Source: Candidatus Bathyarchaeia archaeon (GTDB lineage Archaea; Thermoproteota; Bathyarchaeia; Bathyarchaeales; Bathycorpusculaceae). Taken from it: DNA of 64,000 nucleotides. The stretch lies in assembly GCA_038883855.1 (NCBI GenBank), contig JAVZLH010000001.1, positions 64,001 through 128,000 of the forward strand, in the 5' to 3' direction. Positions within the stretch are counted from its first letter, which is position 1; the number at the start of each line of letters is the position of its first letter. Positions 19,164-31,129 of the stretch are shown in pieces. Both the position numbers and the translations under genes were made by a program. The notes beneath the pieces were generated by a model. The model ran no database searches and was not told the origin of the DNA. It was given only the letters and a program-made list of their open reading frames with translations.

Positions 19164-19351
19164 AAACCAACGATTAAAAAATTTTTACTAAAGCTTTATG
19201 GAATATTCAAAGTTTTAAAGAATCAAAAGTTGCAGTTCTAGAAAATCATTTGAAAAATCTTTTTTAAAATTGAAATTTATTTCCTAAAAATGCTTATTAA
19301 ACTTGAAGAGCATGAATAAAGCCCATAGAAGCAAACAGAAGTGGCTTGCTA

Positions 19352-21181
19352 ATGTGTGGAATCTTTGGCTGTGTACTGAAAGAAGGAAACGCCGCACCTG
19401 TAATACACGCTGCCCTTAAAAGGCTTGAATACCGCGGCTATGACTCAGTTGGAGAGGCAACTCTCCACGAAGGTAAACTGTACATAAAGAAGGATCAAGG
19501 AAAAATAGACGAAGTCCATGCAATTCACAATTTAGATGATATGCCTGGAAGAATAGGCATTGGGCACACAAGATGGGCTACACACGGCGCACCACTGAAA
19601 GTTAATGCACATCCCCATGTTGATTGTAAAGGACAAATTGCCTTAGTTCACAATGGCATTATAGAGAATTTCAACGAGTTAAAGTTGGAACTGGAGAATC
19701 AAGGGCACATTTTTGTGTCAAAAACCGACACTGAAGTATTGACCCACCTTATTGAAGAAAATTTTAAAGCCAACCCTTCTTTGAGCTTGACCGACGCTGT
19801 TCTCGCGGCCATTAAAAGAGTTGAAGGGTCCTACGCCATTGCTGTTATCTCAACAAAGGAACCCGACAAAATAGTCTGTGCAAGAAACGAAAGCCCCCTT
19901 GTAATTGGGATAGGAGAATCGTCAATTTACTGTGCCTCAGACATTCCAGCTTTTCTTCCCCTAACCAACAGAGCTGTCATAATTGACGATGGGGAACTTG
20001 TCACTCTCACTCAAGAAGGCTTCGAAATCAAGAAAATCCGCGACCAAAGCCTCGTTAAGCGAGAGCCAAAACTCATTGATTGGTCGCCTGAAATGGCCGT
20101 CAAACAAGGCTATCCCCACTTTATGCTTAAAGAAATTCATGAACAGCCCATCTGTCTGCGGAACACCCTTAGACTGCAGGAACATTACCTTGATTTGATG
20201 GCGACATTTCTCGACCGCGCCAAAGAAGTTTTCCTAGTGGCTTGTGGAACATCCTATCACGCATGCTTAGCCGCATCCTACATGTTTTCTAAACTTGCTT
20301 TTTTGGCGACCTATCCCGTAATAGCCTCAGAATTCATCGAGCAACACGGCAAGTCCGTAAACATTGACAGCACAATATTGGCGGTGAGCCAGTCAGGCGA
20401 AACAGCAGACACATTGGCATCTGTTAACGCGGCGCGTCAAAGAGCAGCCACAATTTTAGGGTTGACAAACGTGATCGGCTCAACTCTCACAAGGATTTCC
20501 CGTGTCTACATCAGTCAACAGTCTGGTCCAGAGATTGGAGTGGCTGCAACAAAAACGTTCACTTCGCAACTTTCCGTTTTGGCGCAGCTAGCCCTTAGAC
20601 TGGCTAAGAAGAGAGGTAAGGTTTCACAGGACGAAATGGACTTCTTGGCAGAGAAGCTTGAAAAGCTTCCAGACATTGTTGAAACAATAATTAAAACACA
20701 AGAGGAGAAGGTTAAACAAATAGCTAAAAAGTACAAGGACGCTAAAGTGTTCTTTTTCTTAGGCCGCGGAATCAGCACCGCCACTGCCTATGAGGGCAGA
20801 CTGAAACTCATGGAAATAGCCTACGTGCCAGCCATAGCCTTCCCAGCTGGAGAAAGCAAACATGGTCCAATAAGCCTAATAGAACCTGGTTTCCCCGTGG
20901 TTTTCATCTGCCCCAAAGATGAGACGCATAAAACTTTGATAGGTAACATAATGGAGATGAAAGCCAGAGGGGCCTCAATAATTGCCATAATCGAGGAAGG
21001 AGACGAAGAGATTAAGAGGTTGGCCGATGACTATGTTGAAGTGCCTAAGGGCGTTCCAGAAATATTGTCGCCCATACCCTTCGTGATTCCCTTACAACTT
21101 TTAGCATATTACATGAGTATTGAAAAGGGGTATGACCCAGATACTCCGAGAAATCTAGCGAAGTCAGTTACAGTAAAATGA
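19352..21181 (+). CDS. glmS: Glutamine--fructose-6-phosphate aminotransferase
   Basis: N-terminal MCGI, GHTRWATHG, SQSGETADT, VAATKTF, PRNLAKSVTV. Confidence 0.97.
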   Translation: MCGIFGCVLKEGNAAPVIHAALKRLEYRGYDSVGEATLHEGKLYIKKDQGKIDEVHAIHNLDDMPGRIGIGHTRWATHGAPLKVNAHPHVDCKGQIALVHNGIIENFNELKLELENQGHIFVSKTDTEVLTHLIEENFKANPSLSLTDAVLAAIKRVEGSYAIAVISTKEPDKIVCARNESPLVIGIGESSIYCASDIPAFLPLTNRAVIIDDGELVTLTQEGFEIKKIRDQSLVKREPKLIDWSPEMAVKQGYPHFMLKEIHEQPICLRNTLRLQEHYLDLMATFLDRAKEVFLVACGTSYHACLAASYMFSKLAFLATYPVIASEFIEQHGKSVNIDSTILAVSQSGETADTLASVNAARQRAATILGLTNVIGSTLTRISRVYISQQSGPEIGVAATKTFTSQLSVLAQLALRLAKKRGKVSQDEMDFLAEKLEKLPDIVETIIKTQEEKVKQIAKKYKDAKVFFFLGRGISTATAYEGRLKLMEIAYVPAIAFPAGESKHGPISLIEPGFPVVFICPKDETHKTLIGNIMEMKARGASIIAIIEEGDEEIKRLADDYVEVPKGVPEILSPIPFVIPLQLLAYYMSIEKGYDPDTPRNLAKSVTVK

Positions 21182-21308
21182 AAATAGTTTAGACACAGCC
21201 TCTGTTTTACCTGAAAAGTTCCAAAAGGCAAACCGCACGTTGCTATTTCCTTTTTGAATCAAATACGTTAAAAAGGGCGCTCTGCTTTTATTTGTATGGT
21301 GCGAAGGT

Positions 21309-22017
21309 TTGGAAAAGAAGGAATGGGAAAAACTCATCGAAAACTTAGTAAAAGAAGGCGTGCTTCGCTCGCCAAAAGTTATCAAGGCCATGCGTTCTGT
21401 GCCTCGAGCGAAATTTCTGCCGGAAAACATGCAGTCCTACAGCGCAGTGGACACGCCGCTTCCAATTGGTTTTGGGCAAACAATTTCGGCGCCACATAGC
21501 TTCAGCCTTCCGCTGAGCTAGGCGATACATGGTTGCAATAATGAATGAAGCCCTCCAGTTGGAAGTCGGCCATAAAGTGCTGGAAGTTGGAGCGGGTTCG
21601 GGGTGGCATGCAGCCACGATAGCCGAGATAATCGCGCCAAGCGATGCGCCTAGAAGCGGGTGGGGACATGTATACACTGTTGAGATAATTGAGGGATTAG
21701 CTGAGTTTGCTAGAAGAAACGTTATGAAGGCTGGATATGGCGACCGCGTCACAATAATTTGCGCTGACGGGTCGATGGGCTACCCTGAAAAGGCGCCCTA
21801 CGATAGGATAATTGTGACGGCTGCGGCTCCAGATGTTCCAGCCCCTCTCATTGAACAGTTGAAGCCTGGTGGAATAATGCTTATTCCTGTTGGGAGTGCA
21901 CACTTGTTTCAAAGTCTCATAAAAGTTGTAAAAGAACCTGATGGAAAAATTAAAAAGGAGAATCTTTGTGGTGTTGCTTTTGTGCCGTTAACTGGGCGTT
22001 ATGGTCACAAAATTTAG
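21309..22017 (+). CDS. pcm: Protein-L-isoaspartate O-methyltransferase, interrupted by a candidate 31-nt intron (join 21309..21495, 21527..22017; 225 aa)
   Basis: Upstream part: [22 protein letters not shown]. Downstream part: [38 protein letters not shown]. Removing the insert restores the frame. Confidence 0.92.
21496..21526 (+). other. Candidate bulge-helix-bulge (tRNA-endonuclease-type) mRNA intron in pcm
   Basis: CGCC(21490-93)/GGCG(21521-24) 4-bp helix; 3-nt bulges ACA (21494-96) and ATA (21525-27); intron hairpin TAGC-T-TCAGC/GCTGA-GCTA; canonical cut positions rejoin CCA CAC ATG. Confidence 0.85.
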
Positions 22018-22045
22018 ATGTTGTCTGGAGTTGTTAAAGAGTTTA

Positions 22046-23080
22046 TTATCCAAACCATTTTTCTAGGGTTGTTTTCCCTCTTAGCTTGGTTATTCCCTTT
22101 TGCATTTTTTCCAGCGCCTTTTTTACACGGTCTTCTGAGAAGTCTCTTTCTCTACAGATGAAGTTCACTACCCCTTCCACGTCAGGTTCCTTCCACTCGA
22201 TTTTATAATTGTCCGTTACCTTTGGTCTGAGGAATATCTCCCTAATTCTTTGGGGGTCTACTGGAAAATCCGCGTTTTTGAGATGGGGCAAAGCCTTTTC
22301 GATGCTTCCATGCTCCTTTATCAGTTTCAGGGCAGTTTTGGGTCCCAGTCCCTTTACGCCTTCTGGGTTAAAGTCTGTTCCTATCAGTATACCCACGTCA
22401 ACGAGTTGTTCGTAGGTTATTCCGCATTCTTTCAGAACTTGTTCCAGCTCAACTACTTCTGGTATGACTTCAATATAGACGTTTTTGCCTGGTAGTTTCC
22501 GCCGCCCCGAAATCGTCACGTTTCTTACAAGTCTTGGCGCTCCAAAAAGTAAGCTGTCGTAATCTTGGCTTGCGCAGTAATCGGCGTCTCCACGCTTCAC
22601 CACATGGGCTGCTTGCGCTTCTCCTTCACTTGGAGCTTGTATCCAAGGGATTCCCATTAAATCTAAGAGGCGTTTGCTGTCTTCCGCCATGTAATCCTTT
22701 AAGCGTGAGGTGGCCTGTGCATACATACGGGCTTCTTCAAGCTTGCCTTCCTTAAGGGCTTGCTCATACTTTATTAAGGCTTCTTCTTTCGCCCTCATAC
22801 GCCTTTTAATTTCAACTTCTTTAAGTGCAGGCGGTGTTCCATCAAAAATGTAGATGGGTTTTATGCCTAACTCCACAAGGTTGCTTGTTCTATAAAGGAG
22901 CCCACTTAAGTGACTTGTAATCCTCCCGCTGCTGTCCTTTAGCGGCGTCCCGTCTGGCTGACGGATTATGGCTAAAAACTGGTACAAGGCGTTATAAGCG
23001 TCTATCGCTATGGCTTTTTCACTTAAATCCTCAAGCCTCACAGTCACTTTAGGAACAAGATCTCGGAGGTTTACTCCCAA
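22046..23080 (-). CDS. fen: Flap endonuclease 1
   Basis: Start at TTG (GVNLRDL); IDAYNALYQFL, QAPSEGEAQAA, SQDYDSLLFG, GTDFN, C-terminal PIP-like TTLEKWF. Confidence 0.96.
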   Translation of the reverse strand: MGVNLRDLVPKVTVRLEDLSEKAIAIDAYNALYQFLAIIRQPDGTPLKDSSGRITSHLSGLLYRTSNLVELGIKPIYIFDGTPPALKEVEIKRRMRAKEEALIKYEQALKEGKLEEARMYAQATSRLKDYMAEDSKRLLDLMGIPWIQAPSEGEAQAAHVVKRGDADYCASQDYDSLLFGAPRLVRNVTISGRRKLPGKNVYIEVIPEVVELEQVLKECGITYEQLVDVGILIGTDFNPEGVKGLGPKTALKLIKEHGSIEKALPHLKNADFPVDPQRIREIFLRPKVTDNYKIEWKEPDVEGVVNFICRERDFSEDRVKKALEKMQKGITKLRGKTTLEKWFG

Positions 23081-23189
23081 AACTACCCCACAAAGATAGG
23101 GGCGCAGAACTGCAATAATAAACTTACTAAGCGAAACGGAGAACATATAAGTAAGTCTTACATTTAGAAAACCATCATTTGGGATGCTT

Positions 23190-23384
23190 ATGGCCGCAGA
23201 AAAACCAACAATGGCGTTAACCTTAGGCGCTTGCACTAGCTGTGGCAAACCTATCCCTCCCGGGGCTAAAGCAACAAAGTTCCTTTGTCCAAACTGTGGA
23301 GAAATTCTGATAAGACGCTGTGAGAAATGCAGAAAGTTTGGTCGGCAATATAGGTGTCCAAAGTGTGGCTTTGTGGGCCCTTGA
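23190..23384 (+). CDS. Small zinc-finger protein (DUF1610/HVO_2753-like)
   Basis: Four CxxC pairs, [18 protein letters not shown]; conserved position upstream of aEF-1beta. Confidence 0.88.
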   Translation: MAAEKPTMALTLGACTSCGKPIPPGAKATKFLCPNCGEILIRRCEKCRKFGRQYRCPKCGFVGP

Positions 23385-23406
23385 AAAATGGAAAGGAGGT
23401 TAGAAC

Positions 23407-23682
23407 GTGGGAAGCGTTGTAATTGCCTATAAAATATTTCCAACAGACATAATCGTCAACCTTGACGATTTGAAGAAGAAAATTGAGAAATGCCTACCTG
23501 AGTTTGCTTCGGTTTACGGTTACGGAGAAGAACCCATAGCCTTCGGCTTAAAGGCTCTACTGGTTCAAATAAAATTTCCAGAGGATAAGACTGGCATGCT
23601 GGAAGAATTCGAAAAGAAACTTGAAGGGATTAGCGAAATAAGCCAAGTTCAGACAATTATGGTACGAAGAATAAGCAGATAA
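23407..23682 (+). CDS. ef1b: Translation elongation factor 1-beta
   Basis: KIFP, EEPIAFGLKAL motif. Confidence 0.92.
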   Translation: MGSVVIAYKIFPTDIIVNLDDLKKKIEKCLPEFASVYGYGEEPIAFGLKALLVQIKFPEDKTGMLEEFEKKLEGISEISQVQTIMVRRISR

Positions 23683-23711
23683 CCTTAAACGAATGTTTAA
23701 CGTTTATATAG

Positions 23712-25937
<2,226 letters not shown>

Positions 25938-25948
25938 GAGCTTTATCA

Positions 25949-26176
25949 ATGCCCGTAAAAACTTGGAAAACCCGTCCAGCCTATTTTGTTCTTTTAGAGA
26001 TTTTAAGTAAGAAGGGCGCTATGACGGATGTTGACCTTTTTGATGCTTTGAAGGAGGAATTTGAGGATTTAGGGTTTAAGGATTTTAACGAACTGCTAAT
26101 GCGCCTAGAGGTTAGCGGAAAAATACGGACGATGTCGATGGCGCGTGGGAAGAGACGAGTTGAACTTGTAACATGA
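25949..26176 (+). CDS. Small hypothetical protein, winged-helix-like
   Basis: 75-aa ORF directly after cdc48; FNELLMRLEVSGKI pattern. Confidence 0.65.
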   Translation: MPVKTWKTRPAYFVLLEILSKKGAMTDVDLFDALKEEFEDLGFKDFNELLMRLEVSGKIRTMSMARGKRRVELVT

Positions 26177-26218
26177 ACAACCATTTCATAGCCAACCATT
26201 AGTAACAGTGTACACTAA

Positions 26219-27448
26219 ATGGAAAATTACGCAGACGTTATAATAGTTGGCGGCGGACCAAGCGGTTCTTTTGCTGCCTTAAACCTAGCAAAACTCGGCG
26301 CTGAAAAAGTGGTTGTGTTTGAAGAGCACAGCGAAATCGGGGTTCCATGCCACTGCGCTGGGCACTTAAGCATAAACGGTCTCAAGAATTTAGGTTTGTA
26401 TCCGCTCCCAAGAAAGATTGTTGAAAACGTTTTTTATGGAGCGAATTTTTATTCCCCTTCAGGCAGAAAGTTTTCAGTTCGTTTCTCTTTTCCGGTAACA
26501 TATGTGGTTAATCGCGTTCTTTTTGATAGATATATTGCTGACTTAGCAAAGGCTGCTGGTGTTCGTTACAGCCTTAATTCGCGGGTTAACTCTTTGATTG
26601 TTGAGGATGACTTCGTAAAAGGCGTGTCCGTCAAACAAAGTGGGCTTTTTGAAGAGAAGTTCTTGTGCAAAGTTGTCGTGGACGCTGAAGGTGTTTCTGC
26701 GCGTATTTTGAGACAAGCGGGTTTGACGGCTTTTAATCGTAAAATGCTTGTTTATGGTGTGCAAGCCGAGGTTGAAGGCGTTAAAGATGTTGAATCTGAT
26801 GTTGTTGAAGTCTATCTTGGCAGAGGCTATGCTCCTGGATTTTTCGCGTGGCTTATTCCAAAGTGTGATGGAAGGGCTAAGGTTGGTTTAGCAATGGAAA
26901 CTGGAAATCCAAAAAGGTTTCTGGAGAAACTTATGTTTAAGCATCCAATGGCTTCGAAAAAGCTGCGAACCGCAAAAATTCTTGAAGTAAATTTTCATCC
27001 TTTAACCCTTGGCGGTCCGATTGAGAAGGCGTATTCAAATGGTTTTTTGGCTGTTGGTGATGCAGCCTCTCAAGTGAAGCCGACAACAGGAGGCGGGGTG
27101 GTGATTGGTTTGGCATGCGCGAGGTTTGCGGCCAATGTTGTTTATGAAGCTTTGAAAAAGGGTGATTTTTCCGCGGATTTTTTAAGCCAGTATCAGAGGA
27201 GTTTTATGAAAATTCTAGGTTTTGATTTTTATGTTATGTCTAGGGTTAGGCATTTGCTCAATAAGTTGTCTGATGAACAATTGGATGAAGCAATTGGTTT
27301 CTGCGCAAAATTTCACATGGAGGAATCCGTAAGAAGCTTTAGAGAAATTGATTTTCAAGGGCGAACTCTGCTAAAAGCTGTGAAGAGCCCTCGATTTTTG
27401 TTGGCTGCCATCTACTTCCTTTATCTATACTTATCTGCAAATCCTTAA
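26219..27448 (+). CDS. Geranylgeranyl reductase-family FAD oxidoreductase
   Basis: VGGGPSG, PCHCAG, GFFAWLIP, VGDAASQVKPTTGGG. Confidence 0.9.
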   Translation: MENYADVIIVGGGPSGSFAALNLAKLGAEKVVVFEEHSEIGVPCHCAGHLSINGLKNLGLYPLPRKIVENVFYGANFYSPSGRKFSVRFSFPVTYVVNRVLFDRYIADLAKAAGVRYSLNSRVNSLIVEDDFVKGVSVKQSGLFEEKFLCKVVVDAEGVSARILRQAGLTAFNRKMLVYGVQAEVEGVKDVESDVVEVYLGRGYAPGFFAWLIPKCDGRAKVGLAMETGNPKRFLEKLMFKHPMASKKLRTAKILEVNFHPLTLGGPIEKAYSNGFLAVGDAASQVKPTTGGGVVIGLACARFAANVVYEALKKGDFSADFLSQYQRSFMKILGFDFYVMSRVRHLLNKLSDEQLDEAIGFCAKFHMEESVRSFREIDFQGRTLLKAVKSPRFLLAAIYFLYLYLSANP

Positions 27449-27485
27449 AATCTGAAAGATACAACAATGAGGCGGTTGACCAAAC

Positions 27486-27848
27486 ATGAGCGGGTTTCGC
27501 TATAAGCAAGTCATAGTTTTTCGTTCCGATTTAAAGTTAAGCAAAGGTAAAATTGCAGCTCAAGCTGGCCACGCAGCGGTCTCCGCGGCTGAAGAAGCAC
27601 GAAAACATAAGAAAAACTGGTGGGAGGCTTGGCTGGATGAAGGGCAATGTAAAATTGCGGTTAAGGTGAAGGGTGAAAAGGAACTGCGGGAACTGGAAAA
27701 ACAAGCAATGGAACTAGGTTTGCCGTATGCGTTAATAGTGGATAGGGGACTTACCGAGGTTCCGCCTGGAACAGTTACTTGTCTGGGGGTCGGTCCAGCT
27801 CCGAGTGAGAAGGTTGATAGGATAACGGGTGGTCTTCCTCTTCTCTGA
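27486..27848 (+). CDS. pth2: Peptidyl-tRNA hydrolase Pth2
   Basis: KQVIVFRSDL, GKIAAQAGHA, DRGLTEVPPGT. Confidence 0.95.
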   Translation: MSGFRYKQVIVFRSDLKLSKGKIAAQAGHAAVSAAEEARKHKKNWWEAWLDEGQCKIAVKVKGEKELRELEKQAMELGLPYALIVDRGLTEVPPGTVTCLGVGPAPSEKVDRITGGLPLL

Positions 27849-27858
27849 TGGTAAGGTT

Positions 27859-29241
27859 ATGGGTTTGCGTGTTCCCAAAATTGAAAAATTGATGGGCATC
27901 GAGGTTTACGCCACACATTCCCTTGGGATTGGCGGAGTAATCCGTGAATTTGTTGAGGATTTTGTTGTGGAGGAGGTGCTGATCGACGACGCCATGGCGA
28001 AGATAAGGCAACAACATGTTGAAGGCCAAGATTTTAAGCCATCCATTAATGAGCGTTACTTGTTGTGTGTTTTGGTTAAGCGAAACTGGGACACTTTTGA
28101 AGCCCTAAAAGCTGTTGCGAGGCAGCTAAACATACGTTTGAGGCAGATGCATATTGCTGGGATAAAAGATGCGAAAGCTGTTACCGCGCAGCACATCACA
28201 ATAGAAGGTGTTTCACCAGAGGATGTCAAAAAAGTCAATGTTAAAGACATCGAAATCCGCCCAGTCGGTTTTTTCCGCCACAAACTTTCCTCATACTATC
28301 TCCTCGGAAACAGTTTTAACATTACAGTAAGAGCAATACAACATTCGAAATCTACAATACAAAGGCGGATAAATGAAACGATAAAGGGGCTCGAAGAGTT
28401 GGGAGGCCTTCCAAACTTTTTTGGTCATCAACGCTTCGGCACAACTAGACCAATAACCCATTTAGTTGGCAAAGCCATAGTTAAAGGAGATTTGAGAAAG
28501 GCTGTTATGCTATTTCTTGCAAAACCAAGCTTGAAAGAAAACCCAGAATCCAGACAAGCCCGCGAACAACTCTGGAAAAGCCAAGACTTCCAGAAGGCGT
28601 TGAAAAACTTTCCAAGACAACTGAGGTATGAGCGTTTAATGCTTAGGCATTTAGCAAAAAAGCCGGATGATTTTGTTGGCGCCTTCAAGACTTTACCAGT
28701 TAAACTGCAAATGCTTTTTCCCCAAGCCTATCAAGCCTACCTTTTCAATAAGTTCCTAAGCCGAAGAATCGCGGGCGGGCTTCCTCTGAATAGGGCTGAA
28801 GTTGGCGATTACGTTGTGCATGTTCAACGTTCCGGACTGCCGCTGTTAACCATGTATAAAATTGTGAAAAGCGAAACACTCACAGAAGTTAATGAGGCTT
28901 TGAGAAATGGGCGGATGTGTTTAGCTCTTCCACTAATAGGCTTTAAACAAAAGCTTTCCCAAGGTTTCCAAGGAGAGGTTGAAAGACAAATTCTAGAAGG
29001 GGAGGGCATAACGCCGGAAAACTTCAAAATCCACTTTATGCCCGCAATAAGCTCAAAAGGGGGGTTACGAACGGCTTTAACCCAGCTAATCAACTTCCAA
29101 TTAACCGATGTCTCTGCTGACTCGGTCAAACCGCGCAAAAACAAAGCAAAACTAAGCTTTATGCTACCTAAAGGTTCTTACGCGACAATACTCCTAAGAG
29201 AATTAATGAAATCACGTAACCCAGCGAAAACTGGATTCTAA
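27859..29241 (+). CDS. truD: tRNA pseudouridine(13) synthase
   Basis: EDFVVEE, AGIKDAKAVTAQ, PNFFGHQRFG, FMLPKGSYATILLRE. Confidence 0.95.
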   Translation: MGLRVPKIEKLMGIEVYATHSLGIGGVIREFVEDFVVEEVLIDDAMAKIRQQHVEGQDFKPSINERYLLCVLVKRNWDTFEALKAVARQLNIRLRQMHIAGIKDAKAVTAQHITIEGVSPEDVKKVNVKDIEIRPVGFFRHKLSSYYLLGNSFNITVRAIQHSKSTIQRRINETIKGLEELGGLPNFFGHQRFGTTRPITHLVGKAIVKGDLRKAVMLFLAKPSLKENPESRQAREQLWKSQDFQKALKNFPRQLRYERLMLRHLAKKPDDFVGAFKTLPVKLQMLFPQAYQAYLFNKFLSRRIAGGLPLNRAEVGDYVVHVQRSGLPLLTMYKIVKSETLTEVNEALRNGRMCLALPLIGFKQKLSQGFQGEVERQILEGEGITPENFKIHFMPAISSKGGLRTALTQLINFQLTDVSADSVKPRKNKAKLSFMLPKGSYATILLRELMKSRNPAKTGF

Positions 29242-29316
29242 TAAATAAAAGTCCTGTTAACCCTAAGGATGACTTCAACTAAACGTAAGATAGAGAGTGG
29301 CTGAATTGTGGAAAGG

Positions 29317-30486
29317 TTATATGACTTTTTCAGCGTTTTCTATCAGTTTTTCCTTTTTATCTAGAGGCACTGTTACGTTGGCGGCGTATTGGTGCCCGTC
29401 AGCCATTCCAAACCCGCTAGACGCCTTTTCCAGTAAATTTACGGCTCCAGGCAGTTCTCCTTTGTCAATGAGCGGTTGCATGGTTTTTGGTACGCGGACA
29501 GAAGCCTTAACAAACTTTTCGCTTAGTTTTCCCCAACCGGGAATTTCTTGAGGAACGTTCACGAATCCAATAATGTACTTGTTAGGCTTTATCAGTCGCA
29601 TTTGAAACGCTAGGAAGGAGCAGAATTGTCCGATCACTTTTGTTCCCATTCCAGCGTACATGTCTTCAGCGTCGAACCATTGGATGTGCGCTGTTTCCTT
29701 CAGTCTTTCGCGGTAGAGCTTAGCTAGGACTCGGCGGTTAGCCTCTTTGCGCCTAGCCTCCAAAACTGCTATTTTTTCTTCCACTTCCGGGCTTGTTCCG
29801 TTTAGGCAAGCGTCTATGCCGATTTCTGGTCCCCCCTCATAATAGCCAACCGCGCCCAAAATCTGAAGCTTAGAAAACAAAGCGTCCACACGAGTTTTGA
29901 ACTTCACTATTTCGAAGTTTTTCCCCTTCTGTTGAACAATACGTTTTTTTACAGCTTCTTCAAGCACCACCTTATTCAACCCGGAAAAACCCTCTGGAAT
30001 TTCGCAGCTTCCAACCAAAGCCAAATAACCCAGATCCAAATTGTTTTCGTTCAGTGTTTTGGCAAACATGTAGCAGCATGCGGCTCCAGAAAAGTCTGTC
30101 TCACCTCTAAAACCGTAGTGTTCAAGGTTTAGGTCAAAAACTTCTGGGTCTTTGGCTGGTTTTGGGTCATGATGGTCTAGTATAATGGTTAAGTTTCTTC
30201 CATTGTTCAGTTCGGATATTAAATCTGCATGCGAGGAGCCGATGTCTGTATAAAAAATTGTCTGTCCAGTCTTTGAATGTAGTTGGGCGATTACTTCAGT
30301 GTAAACTTTTTCGAGGCAAAATGCTTTAACCGTTATTCCTTCTCGCTCCAGCATCATTTTCGTTATTGCGGCTGAACATAAACCGTCAGCGTCGTCATGA
30401 TGAATTATGATGGCTTCTTGTGGGGTTTTAGTCTTCAGCTTTGTGACGGCTTCCTTCGCTTTGTTCTTGAAATCTTCCAGTTGCAT
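29317..30486 (-). CDS. DHH-family phosphoesterase (RecJ-like)
   Basis: HHDDADG, TDIGS, LDHHD, C-terminal GH.AA DHHA1-like motif. Confidence 0.85.
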   Translation of the reverse strand: MQLEDFKNKAKEAVTKLKTKTPQEAIIIHHDDADGLCSAAITKMMLEREGITVKAFCLEKVYTEVIAQLHSKTGQTIFYTDIGSSHADLISELNNGRNLTIILDHHDPKPAKDPEVFDLNLEHYGFRGETDFSGAACCYMFAKTLNENNLDLGYLALVGSCEIPEGFSGLNKVVLEEAVKKRIVQQKGKNFEIVKFKTRVDALFSKLQILGAVGYYEGGPEIGIDACLNGTSPEVEEKIAVLEARRKEANRRVLAKLYRERLKETAHIQWFDAEDMYAGMGTKVIGQFCSFLAFQMRLIKPNKYIIGFVNVPQEIPGWGKLSEKFVKASVRVPKTMQPLIDKGELPGAVNLLEKASSGFGMADGHQYAANVTVPLDKKEKLIENAEKVI

Positions 30487-30500
30487 AGAACTCTCCTTCT

Positions 30501-31037
30501 TCAACTTATGGTTTTAAGAAGGTCTGAACGGGTTATTATCCCCACAATTTCCTTTCCTCTCGCAACCAAAACACCTTGATTTTTCTCTAGGAGAGGGCGA
30601 ATCGCTTCTATACTCGTTTCCTCCTGAACTGTTGGCAGGGGTGGATCCATTACGTTTTTTGCTTTTTCGCCCGCTAGATTTGAACGTAAGTTTCTGATGA
30701 TGGTTTCCTCGGTTATTGTTCCGACCACGCGTTTTCCGCTTATCACTGGAACTTGTGAAATTGCATATCGAACCATGACTTCGCTTATTTTGAATATGGT
30801 GTCGCTTGGTCTTGCAAAAAGAACACCTTTAGTCATTATGTCTTTACATTTTTTCTGTCTCTTTTTGGTTAAAACCTCCAAGATTTTGTTAATCGTTGAC
30901 AGTCTTGGGTCAACTTTCCCCTGCTCCACTTTTGCTATGTGCGCCTGCGAAACGCCGACCAAATCTGCTAGTTTTTTCTGCGTTAATCCTGCTTCTATCC
31001 TCAGTTTTTTAAGCCAGACTCCTGTTATCTGCTCCAA
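30501..31037 (-). CDS. HTH plus CBS-pair transcriptional regulator
   Basis: GLTQKKLADLVGVSQAHIAKVEQGKVDPRLST; two CBS motifs. Confidence 0.9.
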   Translation of the reverse strand: MEQITGVWLKKLRIEAGLTQKKLADLVGVSQAHIAKVEQGKVDPRLSTINKILEVLTKKRQKKCKDIMTKGVLFARPSDTIFKISEVMVRYAISQVPVISGKRVVGTITEETIIRNLRSNLAGEKAKNVMDPPLPTVQEETSIEAIRPLLEKNQGVLVARGKEIVGIITRSDLLKTIS

Positions 31038-31129
31038 AAATAACCACCAGTTATTTTCATATACATTTGATACAGTAAAATATATATTTGTTGCTGCGCA
31101 TAAACCCTAAACTTTGCAGAGGAAAACCA

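Noticed and set aside
19164-19345. AT-rich gap as a replication origin
   Set aside because: No ORB-like repeats and no cdc6/orc1 gene nearby.
21496-21526. pcm split as a simple sequencing frameshift or decayed pseudogene
   Set aside because: The defect is a discrete 31-nt self-complementary insert with BHB geometry, not a homopolymer indel, and both halves are otherwise intact.
23081-23443. 121-aa N-terminal extension of the FEN1 ORF in the track
   Set aside because: It is the antisense shadow of the zinc-finger and EF-1beta genes; FEN1 homology starts at the TTG at 23080.
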